DNA of 64,000 nt, from positions 19,553 through 83,552 of the forward strand of contig CAYSXR010000003.1 in NCBI GenBank assembly GCA_964435035.1, written 5' to 3'. The position numbers were made by a program, and so were the translations under genes. This stretch comes from an uncultured Gammaproteobacteria bacterium. Its GTDB lineage: Bacteria > Patescibacteriota > Patescibacteriia > Magasanikbacterales > UBA922. A model generated the notes under the pieces. It saw only the letters and a list, made by a program, of their open reading frames with translations, was not told the DNA's origin and did not search any database. Shown here one piece after another: positions 10,115 to 18,592 of the stretch (position 1 is its first letter; each line of letters starts with the position of its first letter).

Positions 10115-10660
10115 TTAGATTTTTTTAACTTGCAATGCATCGAGTTCCACCGGAGTTTCGCGGCCAAACATGTTGACCAATACTTTGATTTTTCCACGTG
10201 AACTATCTACTTCGCTTACTTTTCCTTCAAAATTCTTGAATGGACCGTCAACGATTCGGACTGGAGCGTTTACCTCGACATCGATCTTGTGAGTCGGGTC
10301 GTCCACATTCATTCGTTTGGTAAGTGATAACATTTCTTTGGCATCAATTGGAGTAGGTGTAGTTCCTGTTCCGATAAATCCGGTAACATTTGGGGTATTT
10401 CTGACTACATACCATGAGTCATCGGTCACCATCATCTCAACGAGTACATACCCTGGGAAGATTTTTTCTTCTACTACGGTTCGTTTACTGTTTTTGATCT
10501 TGATCTTTTTTTCTTTTGGTACCAAAACCTGAAAGATTTTATCTTGCATATCAAAAGATTCGATACGCTGTTCGAGATTGTGTTTTACATTTTCTTCGTA
10601 TCCGCTATAGGTATGGATTACATACCAGCGTTTTCCGAGATTACTGTGCTGCTTTGCCAT
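10115..10660 (-). CDS. nusG: Transcription antitermination factor NusG. Start trimmed to MAKQHSNLGKRWYVIHT; the tracked ORF extends to 10813.
   Basis: NGN domain (KRWYVIHTYSGYEENVKHNLEQRIES) plus a C-terminal KOW (GKVSEVD...KVLVNMFGRETPVEL). Sits immediately after secE. Confidence 0.85.
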   Translation of the reverse strand: MAKQHSNLGKRWYVIHTYSGYEENVKHNLEQRIESFDMQDKIFQVLVPKEKKIKIKNSKRTVVEEKIFPGYVLVEMMVTDDSWYVVRNTPNVTGFIGTGTTPTPIDAKEMLSLTKRMNVDDPTHKIDVEVNAPVRIVDGPFKNFEGKVSEVDSSRGKIKVLVNMFGRETPVELDALQVKKI

Positions 10661-10689
10661 AGGATAAAAAGGCTTGAAGTGGGTAAAAA

Positions 10690-10866
10690 TTAGATAAGAT
10701 TTTGGAGACCGATATTGAAGATCTGATCGAGAACAGAAAACAAAATTGCCATACCGATACTCATCACGAGTACGATTATGGTATACATCGTAGCCTTTCT
10801 TTTGGTAGGCCAACTTACTCTTTTCAATTCACTAATTGAATCTTTGACGTAGGTAACGAGTTTCAT
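10690..10866 (-). CDS. secE: Preprotein translocase subunit SecE (58 aa). Start trimmed to MKLVTYVKDS.
   Basis: KRVSWPTKRKATMYTIIVLVMSIGMAILFSVLD matches the SecE TM helix and the conserved secE-nusG-rplK order. Confidence 0.7.
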   Translation of the reverse strand: MKLVTYVKDSISELKRVSWPTKRKATMYTIIVLVMSIGMAILFSVLDQIFNIGLQNLI

Positions 10867-11038
10867 AAAAATCTTCGCTATTTTAAAAACGGCCTTGAGC
10901 CGATTTGATGAAATCACTATATCAGAACATATCTTGGTTGTCAAGTTTCTTTATCTATGGACATATCTACTTTATTTCTATATTCTATTTTTAACCTGGT
11001 CAGAGAATCATACTTCAACCCAGGCCGGAGGATTACTC

Positions 11039-11272
11039 ATGAATCATCGCTCGTTCAGAAAGGCACTTCTGGTCGCTAATCCTGATGGGGATGGGACCGT
11101 GGTCGTGACCTTCTATAATAATATCGCGGCTGTCGTTCTCGGATCGGCTGTGGATACGACGGATACGTCGGAGTTCCGCTATCCGGATAGCGGCGGTAGC
11201 ACGAAGAGTGGTCGGTATGAGGATGTGTGGATGGTTCTGCCGTATCATTCGTCCGTGCGTGTTCATCGGTGA
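11039..11272 (+). CDS. Candidate small (77 aa) GC-rich ORF, antisense to the neighbouring genes.
   Basis: GGAGG Shine-Dalgarno 7 nt upstream of the ATG. Local GC around 55-60%, elevated GC3. Followed by a 10-bp perfect hairpin CGTGTTCGCC...GGCGAACACG. Could instead be a structured RNA. Confidence 0.25.
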   Translation: MNHRSFRKALLVANPDGDGTVVVTFYNNIAAVVLGSAVDTTDTSEFRYPDSGGSTKSGRYEDVWMVLPYHSSVRVHR

Positions 11273-11388
11273 TGTTTTGTCCTTTCTACACTTCGTGTTC
11301 GCCAGCCTTCAGGTTTGGCGAACACGAGTGAACAATACTTATTTTTAGATTAAAAAATAACCCTCCGATTCGGAGGGTTATTTTATTT

Positions 11389-13446
11389 TTAAATATCCAA
11401 GTTTTTTACATTTTTCGCATGAGTCTGGATAAACTTCTTGCGAGGAGCAACTTCTGAGCCCATGAGAATGTCGAATGTCTCAGCTGCTTTCTCAGCATCC
11501 TCAATCGTAATGCGTTTCAATACTCGGTTTTCAGGATTCATGGTGGTTTCCCAGAGTTGCTCTGGGTTCATTTCTCCCAAACCTTTATATCGCTGTACAT
11601 TTAGTTTTGATTTTGCATTTTTTTCTTCTACTTTTGGAGTTTCAGCTATTATTGCTTCACCTTGCTCATCAGTTTCTTCTTCAACTACCTGCAAATCTTC
11701 TTCAGTAATACCGTACTTTTGTTTGTAGGTGGTTAATGCTGCTTCATTGTATATCCAGGTCATTTCTTTTCCTTTTTTGATACTGAATAGGGGAGGTTGT
11801 GCTACAAAGATGTGTCCTTGATATATGAGATCTGGGAAATAACGGAAGAAGAGGGTGAGAAGAAGTGTGCGGATGTGTGATCCGTCGACGTCCGCATCGG
11901 TCATAATAATGATTTTGTGATAGCGTAGTTTTCCGATCTCAAACATTTCTCCAATATTTGTTCCCATTGCGATAATAAGGGATTTCAACTCATTATTGGT
12001 AAGAATTTTGTCGAGTCGGGCGCGCTCTACGTTTAACACTTTTCCACGAAGCGGTAAAATTGCTTGAGTATTACGATCACGACCTTGTTTAGCTGAACCG
12101 CCTGCAGAGTCTCCCTCTACTATATATAGTTCGCAATTTTCTGGTTTTCTACTTGAGCAGTCGGCGAGTTTTCCAGGGAGGGTAAAACCTTCCAATGCAC
12201 TTTTTCGAAGTACGGTGTCCCTGGCCATTTTTGCCGCAGCCCGTGCTTTTGCTGCGATCATACATTGCCCAATGATAGCTTCCGCATCTTTTGGATTTTC
12301 TTCGAGGAAAATAGTGAATTGTTCAGAGAATACTGATTCTACTGCTGGTTTTACTTCTGGATTTCCCAATTTTGCTTTGGTTTGTCCTTCAAATTGAGGG
12401 TTTGGAATTTTTACCGAAATAATAGCTGATAATCCTTCGCGAACATCTTCTCCCGAGAGATTAACATCTTTTTCTTTGAGCATTCCTTTATTTCTCGCAT
12501 ATGTATTGAGTGTGCGAGTGAGAGCTGTTCTGAATCCTGACACATGCATACCCCCATCTGAGTTGATGATGTTGTTTGCAAATGCATGGAGCGATTCAGT
12601 AAAGTCTCCAGTATACTGAAGTGCAATTTCAACGATTACGTCCTCTACTTTTTTTTCTGTATAAAAAATAGTTTCATGTTTTGGTTCTTTGTTTTTATTG
12701 ATGTGGCGGATGTAACTTTCAATTCCACCTTCAAAAAAGAATTGGTGTGTATTTTTTTTGAATGGAAGTGCTGTTTTATCTTTCTTTTTTTCTTCTTCAC
12801 TTCGCTCATCAGTAATGATGATTCGGACTCCTTTATTGAGGTAAGTTTGCTGGCGTAAGTGGTCAATAATATATTTCCATTCGAAATCAATGGTTTCAAA
12901 AATACTACTGTCTGGTCGGAAGGCAATGATGGTACCTGTTGTTTTGGTGGTACCCACAGGTTTTACTTTGCCTTGGGGATCTCCAATTTTGTATTTTTGT
13001 TCCCAGATTTTTCCTTCACGGTGAACGGTGGCAGTAAGATCGGTTGAAAGTGCATTCACGACAGAGACACCTACCCCATGTAGACCTCCTGATACTTTGT
13101 ATCCTCCATCTTCTTCACCAAATTTACCTCCAGCATGGAGGGTGGAGAGTACGATTTCAAGTGCACTTACTTTTTTTATCGGGTGAGGATCGACGGGAAT
13201 ACCACGTCCATTATCGGTGACTTCGATCCAATGGTCGGGGAGGAGGCGAATGGTGATCTCGTCGCAATAACCTGCCATTGCTTCATCAATCGAGTTATCG
13301 ACGACTTCCCAGATGAGATGGTGAAGACCTGCAGCACCAGTTGACCCGATATACATACCCGGGCGTTTGCGCACTGCCTGCAGACCTTCAAGAATTTGAA
13401 TATTTTTTGCACTATATGATGAGTTTACTTTTGCTATTTTTGTCAT
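11389..13446 (-). CDS. gyrB: DNA gyrase subunit B.
   Basis: GHKL ATPase N-terminus (RKRPGMYIGSTG...HHLIWEVVDNSIDEAMAGY), TOPRIM region and C-terminal domain. 685 aa. Followed by the hairpin terminator CCCTCCGATTCGGAGGG. Confidence 0.95.
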   Translation of the reverse strand: MTKIAKVNSSYSAKNIQILEGLQAVRKRPGMYIGSTGAAGLHHLIWEVVDNSIDEAMAGYCDEITIRLLPDHWIEVTDNGRGIPVDPHPIKKVSALEIVLSTLHAGGKFGEEDGGYKVSGGLHGVGVSVVNALSTDLTATVHREGKIWEQKYKIGDPQGKVKPVGTTKTTGTIIAFRPDSSIFETIDFEWKYIIDHLRQQTYLNKGVRIIITDERSEEEKKKDKTALPFKKNTHQFFFEGGIESYIRHINKNKEPKHETIFYTEKKVEDVIVEIALQYTGDFTESLHAFANNIINSDGGMHVSGFRTALTRTLNTYARNKGMLKEKDVNLSGEDVREGLSAIISVKIPNPQFEGQTKAKLGNPEVKPAVESVFSEQFTIFLEENPKDAEAIIGQCMIAAKARAAAKMARDTVLRKSALEGFTLPGKLADCSSRKPENCELYIVEGDSAGGSAKQGRDRNTQAILPLRGKVLNVERARLDKILTNNELKSLIIAMGTNIGEMFEIGKLRYHKIIIMTDADVDGSHIRTLLLTLFFRYFPDLIYQGHIFVAQPPLFSIKKGKEMTWIYNEAALTTYKQKYGITEEDLQVVEEETDEQGEAIIAETPKVEEKNAKSKLNVQRYKGLGEMNPEQLWETTMNPENRVLKRITIEDAEKAAETFDILMGSEVAPRKKFIQTHAKNVKNLDI

Positions 13447-13574
13447 AGACCACAGATTTTAAGACACTAATTTCACAGATACATACAAATACTTTCGGTG
13501 GCTAGTTTAGCATACGCATATACGAAAGGCAAGCTTGCTTTGAATGAGACTGAGTAATAAAAAGTTAAGTAAAA

Positions 13575-14495
13575 TTGAAATTTTGTGTTATACTAATATA
13601 CATTATGCAGTCTAAAAAACCCTCATTACTTAGCCGCTACGAAGATCCTACTGGAGAATTTTCGAATCAGTCTTTACAGATGGCTACGTGGTACGCGCGA
13701 CATCAATATACACTCAAGAAAATTTTGATGGTATTTCTGGTTGTCTGGAGTGGTGCGACGCTTGGTACAAGTTTGTTTTTTGTAGGTAAATATTTTGTTT
13801 TTGATTATTCAAGAGACCAGACAAATCTTAAAAATTTATCTTTTTCTTATATTTCTCCAGATGTTATTGAGCGCTTTGAGCCACTACCTCTCGCTTTTAC
13901 TTCTCCACAAATATTTTCAGGTATTGAGAATCGGTATGATTTTTTGGTCACTGCGGGAAATCCGAATGATTCCTGGATTGCAACCGTGCGTTATCGATTT
14001 GAATATCCGAATGGAGAAACAACAGAAGCAGAAATGGTACTTTTACCAAAACAAGAGTGGCCACTTGCAATTTTTGGACATGAAGTAGCTACTCGACCAA
14101 CTTCTGCTGATTTTCGCACCCTTTCAGTTTCTTGGAAGCGTATTGATCCACATCTTATTTCTAATCCTTCTTCATACATTTCGGAACGTATTGATGTGTC
14201 TGTTGATGGTTTTGTGTATAGACCTGCTGCCACTTCTCCTCGGCAGGGGGTTCCCACGGTAGAATTTGCGATTACCAATCATTCACTTTTTGATTATTGG
14301 GAATTCTCAGGTGTGGTTGGTCTGATGCGGGGAGGTGAAATAGTAGGCTATTCTCCAATTGTGGTTACAGAGTTCAAGGGCGGTGAAACACGCACTGTGT
14401 CACTCGGTGTTCTTTCGTCGGTTTCCTTGGTCGATTCAGTTACCTTTATTCCACTTTTGAATGTGTTTGACTCGGGTATTTTCATGACACAATAG
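13575..14495 (+). CDS. Hypothetical membrane-anchored protein (about 296-306 aa; likely start MQSKKPSLL at 13605).
   Basis: One N-terminal TM segment (ILMVFLVVWSGATLGTSLFFVG). No known motif. Upstream promoter-like TGTTATACT. Confidence 0.45.
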   Translation: MKFCVILIYIMQSKKPSLLSRYEDPTGEFSNQSLQMATWYARHQYTLKKILMVFLVVWSGATLGTSLFFVGKYFVFDYSRDQTNLKNLSFSYISPDVIERFEPLPLAFTSPQIFSGIENRYDFLVTAGNPNDSWIATVRYRFEYPNGETTEAEMVLLPKQEWPLAIFGHEVATRPTSADFRTLSVSWKRIDPHLISNPSSYISERIDVSVDGFVYRPAATSPRQGVPTVEFAITNHSLFDYWEFSGVVGLMRGGEIVGYSPIVVTEFKGGETRTVSLGVLSSVSLVDSVTFIPLLNVFDSGIFMTQ

Positions 14496-14574
14496 GTCAA
14501 TAGATAAATTTTATAAAACTCTGGTGAGTTTATTTTTTTTGTGTAATCCTGTATTGTGTTGAATACTACATCAT

Positions 14575-15684
14575 ATGATTAATTTTATAGCCAAAACATT
14601 TAGAGGGTACGACGTCATTCTTTTGTTTACCGCAATTGTGCTGTCATGTATTGGGCTTGCCGCAATCTATAGCGTCGATTTGTCTCGTGGTGAGGGATTA
14701 TCATTTTTTTCACGGCAAGTTTTGGCGTTAGGAATCGGACTTGTAGGACTTGTTCTATTGTCGAGATTGCATATTACCTTCTATGAAGCACATTCGCGCG
14801 TGATCTATATCACTGCTTTTGTTCTGTTGGTATTAGTTTTGTTTTTTGGGACTACAATTCGTGGTACAACAGGGTGGTTTCGTTTTTTTGGATTTTCATT
14901 TCAGCCTGCTGAATTTGCAAAAATTGCGTTGGTTATTTTTCTTGCCTGGCGGATCGATCGGCAAGCGAGGCGGTTTCAAACTTGGCAGTTTCTTCTCGTG
15001 ATGACTATTCTTACCGGACTTCTAGCGGGCCTCATCATGCTTCAGCCAGATCTTGGGTCTTCGATGATTCTTGTGGGGGTATGGTTTGGTATGATGCTTC
15101 TTGCTGGAATTCCCAAACGATACACATTCGGGCTTGTTTTTGTGGGAGTTAGTGTTATTGTGATTTCATGGTTTTTTTTGTTTCAGGATTATCAGAAAAA
15201 TCGTATTTTAACCTTCATTAATCCTGAACGAGATCCGTTGGGTTCTGGGTATAATGTGACGCAGTCGATTATCGCGATTGGGGCAGGGGGAATATTTGGT
15301 CGAGGTTTGGGATTTGGTTCACAAAGTCAACTCCACTTTCTTCCTGAAGCACAAACTGACTTTATATTTGCGGTTATTGGGGAAGAACTTGGTTTTGTTG
15401 GCACTTCCCTCCTTCTTATATTGTATGCAGTACTTATTTTTCGTTTAGCAGTCATTGCTCATCAGGCCAGGGGAGAGTTTGCTTCCTATATTGCTCTTGG
15501 TATTGCACTTATTTTTCTTCTGCAGGTAACTATCAATGTGGGGGCTGCGATTGGACTTTTACCTGTAACTGGTGTTACATTACCTCTGGTGAGCTATGGA
15601 GGCTCGTCACTTATTATCAATCTCCTCCTTATTGGAGTTGCTGAGAGCGCTGCTCGAGCGAGCAGACGTACGCTCTTGACTTGA
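14575..15684 (+). CDS. ftsW: SEDS-family peptidoglycan glycosyltransferase (FtsW/RodA).
   Basis: Polytopic membrane protein with the conserved FLPEAQTDFIFAVIGEELGFVG and PLVSYGGSS motifs. Confidence 0.85.
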   Translation: MINFIAKTFRGYDVILLFTAIVLSCIGLAAIYSVDLSRGEGLSFFSRQVLALGIGLVGLVLLSRLHITFYEAHSRVIYITAFVLLVLVLFFGTTIRGTTGWFRFFGFSFQPAEFAKIALVIFLAWRIDRQARRFQTWQFLLVMTILTGLLAGLIMLQPDLGSSMILVGVWFGMMLLAGIPKRYTFGLVFVGVSVIVISWFFLFQDYQKNRILTFINPERDPLGSGYNVTQSIIAIGAGGIFGRGLGFGSQSQLHFLPEAQTDFIFAVIGEELGFVGTSLLLILYAVLIFRLAVIAHQARGEFASYIALGIALIFLLQVTINVGAAIGLLPVTGVTLPLVSYGGSSLIINLLLIGVAESAARASRRTLLT

Positions 15685-15705
15685 GTCTATTCATTTGCTA
15701 TAGTA

Positions 15706-16068
15706 TTGCAGCTTTGTATGGGTCAACCAGCACCACAATTTTCTCTTGACTCGCTTCGCTCCCACTTCAAAGTAATGCGGGAATGTCCCGTATGTGCCAC
15801 GGGCTTTGAACTCGAGCAGATTCGTACGGTCGAGAGTATCAAAGGATCTCATGTGCTGCATGCGACTTGCTCCACCTGCTCAAATTCACTTATTTTCCTT
15901 GTCGGAAGTACTCAGCTCGGCATTGGGCTTATCGGAATGGTATCTGATCTAAGTTTCGATGATAGTGTACGATTTCGACGGAAAGAATCTTTGACCGAGG
16001 ATGAGCTAATCGAGTGCTATCAAGCACTGGGAGAAACTTCAGTCCTCAAACAATTACTTGGAAATTAA
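15706..16068 (+). CDS. Hypothetical small protein with a zinc-ribbon-like CPVC...CSTC motif.
   Basis: CxxC pairs followed by a hydrophobic segment. The start may be the internal MRECPVC. Confidence 0.35.
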   Translation: MQLCMGQPAPQFSLDSLRSHFKVMRECPVCATGFELEQIRTVESIKGSHVLHATCSTCSNSLIFLVGSTQLGIGLIGMVSDLSFDDSVRFRRKESLTEDELIECYQALGETSVLKQLLGN

Positions 16069-16104
16069 TTTTATATATATTTTTCACCCGTTTACTGTAT
16101 TTAT

Positions 16105-16782
16105 ATGACGTATTCACTTACACTCAAAAATCGTTCAACAAAAAAACTTGCTGAACTCCGCCTTGCAGGATTCTTGCCAGGAGTAATGTATGGTCCACAT
16201 CGAGAGCCAATGCCTGTATCTGTTTCTTTGGTTGAATTTGGTAAATTATACAAGACCGCTGGAGAATCAAGTTTGGTTGATGTGATGATAGAAGGTGCGA
16301 AAGATTCAGTAAAAGCTTTGATTCAGGACGTACAATATGATCCAGTCAAAGGATCATTGATCCATTTTGATCTTCGTGAAATCAACATGAACGAAGAGAT
16401 GACCGCAACTGTACAGCTTGTATTCGTGGGCGAAGCTGCGGCTGTAAAAGAACTCGGTGGAACGCTTATGAAGCCACATGGAGAAGTGGAAGTAAAATGT
16501 CTTCCTAAAGATTTGGTAAGTCAGCTCGAAGTGGATTTGAGTATTTTGAAGAGTTTTGAAGATGCAATATTTGTAGGAGATTTGAAATTACCAGCTGGAT
16601 TGACGATTGTTGATAATAAAGAACAGTTGGTTGCCAAAGTTACTCCTCCACTTTCTGAAGATGAACTTAAAGCAATGGAAGCCGCACCAGTGGCAACACC
16701 TGCACTTGAAGAAATTGAAGTTGAAAAGAAAGGAAAGAAAGAGGAAGAGGGGGAAGCTGGAGAGACTGCCGAGAAAAAATAA
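16105..16782 (+). CDS. rplY: 50S ribosomal protein L25 / general stress protein Ctc.
   Basis: N-terminal L25 domain (RLAGFLPGVMYGP) and C-terminal Ctc-type domain with an acidic tail. Confidence 0.8.
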   Translation: MTYSLTLKNRSTKKLAELRLAGFLPGVMYGPHREPMPVSVSLVEFGKLYKTAGESSLVDVMIEGAKDSVKALIQDVQYDPVKGSLIHFDLREINMNEEMTATVQLVFVGEAAAVKELGGTLMKPHGEVEVKCLPKDLVSQLEVDLSILKSFEDAIFVGDLKLPAGLTIVDNKEQLVAKVTPPLSEDELKAMEAAPVATPALEEIEVEKKGKKEEEGEAGETAEKK

Positions 16783-16821
16783 TACACTTTATAAAACCGC
16801 CAGTACTGCTGAGCGGTTTTT

Positions 16822-16903
16822 AAATTATTCTAATTGTTCTAATTATTCTAAAACTGAGATTTATTTAGGGTACTTAGGTTAATTAGTATAATTAGAATAA
16901 TTT
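16822..16903. repeat. Inverted-repeat element, family B, copy 1 (AAATTATTCTAATTGTTCTAATT ... AATTAGTATAATTAGAATAATTT).
   Basis: About 22-bp imperfect terminal inverted repeats. Shares a 21-bp stretch ATTATTCTAATTGTTCTAATT and AGGTTAATTAG(T)ATAATTAGA with the copy at 29603-29715. Confidence 0.45.
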
Positions 16904-16945
16904 CTCTGGTAATCGGTATTCTGTTGCGCTATACTTTGAATTATT

Positions 16946-18013
16946 ATGAAAAAAATAAGTTTCTATATTGGAAAACGTGAAATACAGCTTCTGCATATTG
17001 CTTCCGCCGTATTCTTTATCTCGGGGATTGCATTATTAGTGTGGTTTTTTGTGCATGCGAATTATCGTGTATCTGCATGGACTGATGAAGATTTTGTTCC
17101 AGAAGAAGCTCGTGTGGTTTGTGCACCGCGTATTATTGATGGAGAATGTATAACTCCTGGGAATGAGAAACCTAAGCTGGTTGCAGTCATGATTGAGAAT
17201 CATCTGGATGCTCGACCTCAATCAGGTTTGTCTCGTGCTGCTGTAGTATATGAAGCGCCTGTGGAAGGAAATTATTCTCGATTTATGGCAATATTTCCTC
17301 TTGGTGAGGAAGTAGAAAAAGTGGGGCCAGTTAGAAGTGCACGACCTTATTTTCTTGATTGGGCGCGTGAATTCGGAAAACCAATGTATATGCATGTGGG
17401 AGGATCTCCTGATGCACTTCAAGAACTTCGAAGTAGTACTTATTTTGATTTCAATGAATTTTCTCGGGGCAGTTATTTTTGGCGCAGTCGTGATCGCTAT
17501 GCGCCACATAATGTATATACGTCGAGTGAGGAATGGGCTCGTGGTTGGGAAGATTTTGGGTCTGAGACGTTTGCTGTTTCAGAAGAAAGTTGGTTGTATG
17601 ATGAAGTGGTATCATGTACAACTGATTGCACTACGTCGATTGTTGCTTCATTTGCTCCGCCGGTATATCGAGCAGAATGGAGATACTCAACTACAACTGA
17701 AAAATATACACGTTATCAATTGAATAAACCGCATGTAGATCAAGATGGTACTCAGATTAGTGCTAATACGGTGGTGGTACAGTACGTACAGACCAAAGTG
17801 TTGGATGCGGAACTTCGAATTGAAATGGATACAGTAGGCGAGGGGAAGGTAATTGTTTTTACTAAAGGAAATAAGGTTGAGGGTACATGGAAAAAAACAA
17901 CCAGAGATAGTAAAACGAGATTTTATGATTTGAGTGGAGCTGAAATTCCGTTTACTCCAGGAAAAATTTGGATTGAAGTGGTGAATCAGGTGGGGGATGT
18001 GGAGTGGGAGTAA
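16946..18013 (+). CDS. DUF3048-like (YerB-like) membrane-anchored protein.
   Basis: N-terminal TM, then LVAVMIENHLDARPQSGLSRAAVVYEAPVEGNYSRFMAIF resembling the DUF3048 N-domain. Assignment from memory, moderate. Confidence 0.45.
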   Translation: MKKISFYIGKREIQLLHIASAVFFISGIALLVWFFVHANYRVSAWTDEDFVPEEARVVCAPRIIDGECITPGNEKPKLVAVMIENHLDARPQSGLSRAAVVYEAPVEGNYSRFMAIFPLGEEVEKVGPVRSARPYFLDWAREFGKPMYMHVGGSPDALQELRSSTYFDFNEFSRGSYFWRSRDRYAPHNVYTSSEEWARGWEDFGSETFAVSEESWLYDEVVSCTTDCTTSIVASFAPPVYRAEWRYSTTTEKYTRYQLNKPHVDQDGTQISANTVVVQYVQTKVLDAELRIEMDTVGEGKVIVFTKGNKVEGTWKKTTRDSKTRFYDLSGAEIPFTPGKIWIEVVNQVGDVEWE

Positions 18014-18048
18014 AGTCTGAAAGTCAAAAGGGAATCTAAATAAAAAAT

Positions 18049-18113
18049 ACCCCTGATTTATCGGGGGTATTTTGTTTTTGAATGGAAGCCGCGGTTGACT
18101 CGAAACCGCGGCT
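18049..18113. terminator. Two back-to-back hairpin terminators serving the convergent genes 16946-18013 (+) and 18117-18509 (-).
   Basis: ACCCCTGATTTATCGGGGGT followed by a T-run, and AGCCGCGGTTGACTCGAAACCGCGGCT. Confidence 0.55.
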
Positions 18114-18116
18114 GGT

Positions 18117-18509
18117 CTAACCCCCGTAGAGTGGCGGATCAATGTAGGGTTTGGTGTCTTCTCCCCTCGAAGCGTCTGCCGTCACGATCACGTGATCGGC
18201 TTGAACTCGAAGAGCTCCACCCATCGCCTTCATGAGCGCCTCAACCGCTTCTCTTCTGGTGGCTGAGTCGTACTGCTTGGTGAAGATCACCTCGATTTCG
18301 TATTCTCCGATATTCACCTTATGAACACCTTTGATTTTGAGCAGTGCTCGAATGAGTTCTCCACCTGCAGGTGCACATTTCGCCAGTTGTTCCTCGAGAC
18401 GCTTCTTGCGTGCTCCTTTCTTGATCTCGAGAGGTCTGTCGGTCAGGGGGATGTTCAGGGTGTAGGTGAGTACCTTGTGTTGCTCGTTTACATCAGCGCG
18501 AGGCTTCAT
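18117..18509 (-). CDS. Hypothetical protein (130 aa) in a compositionally foreign, ~52% GC segment.
   Basis: GC and GC3 clearly above the host background. Bracketed by host-type terminators. No confident family assignment. Confidence 0.5.
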   Translation of the reverse strand: MKPRADVNEQHKVLTYTLNIPLTDRPLEIKKGARKKRLEEQLAKCAPAGGELIRALLKIKGVHKVNIGEYEIEVIFTKQYDSATRREAVEALMKAMGGALRVQADHVIVTADASRGEDTKPYIDPPLYGG

Positions 18510-18592
18510 CTTTTGCTCCAGTATGGTTGGTATTTTTGTACTTTACTCAATCGAGTCTTTGAGTTAAGTCAAAGAGACTTATATCGTGAATA

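Noticed and set aside
10945-11388. GC-rich non-coding-looking stretch between secE and gyrB considered as tmRNA, RNase P RNA, SRP RNA or tRNA-Trp.
   Set aside because: No tRNA-like T-arm (GGTTCGANTCC). No RNase P CR-I/CR-V motifs (AGGAAAGTCCGGGC / ACAGAAACCCGGCTTA). No SRP domain IV motif. A small ORF with a good RBS fits better, so it is reported only as a low-confidence CDS.
13447-13574. Possible replication origin near gyrB.
   Set aside because: No dnaA, dnaN or recF genes adjacent and no clustered DnaA-box 9-mers. The spacer looks like an ordinary promoter region.
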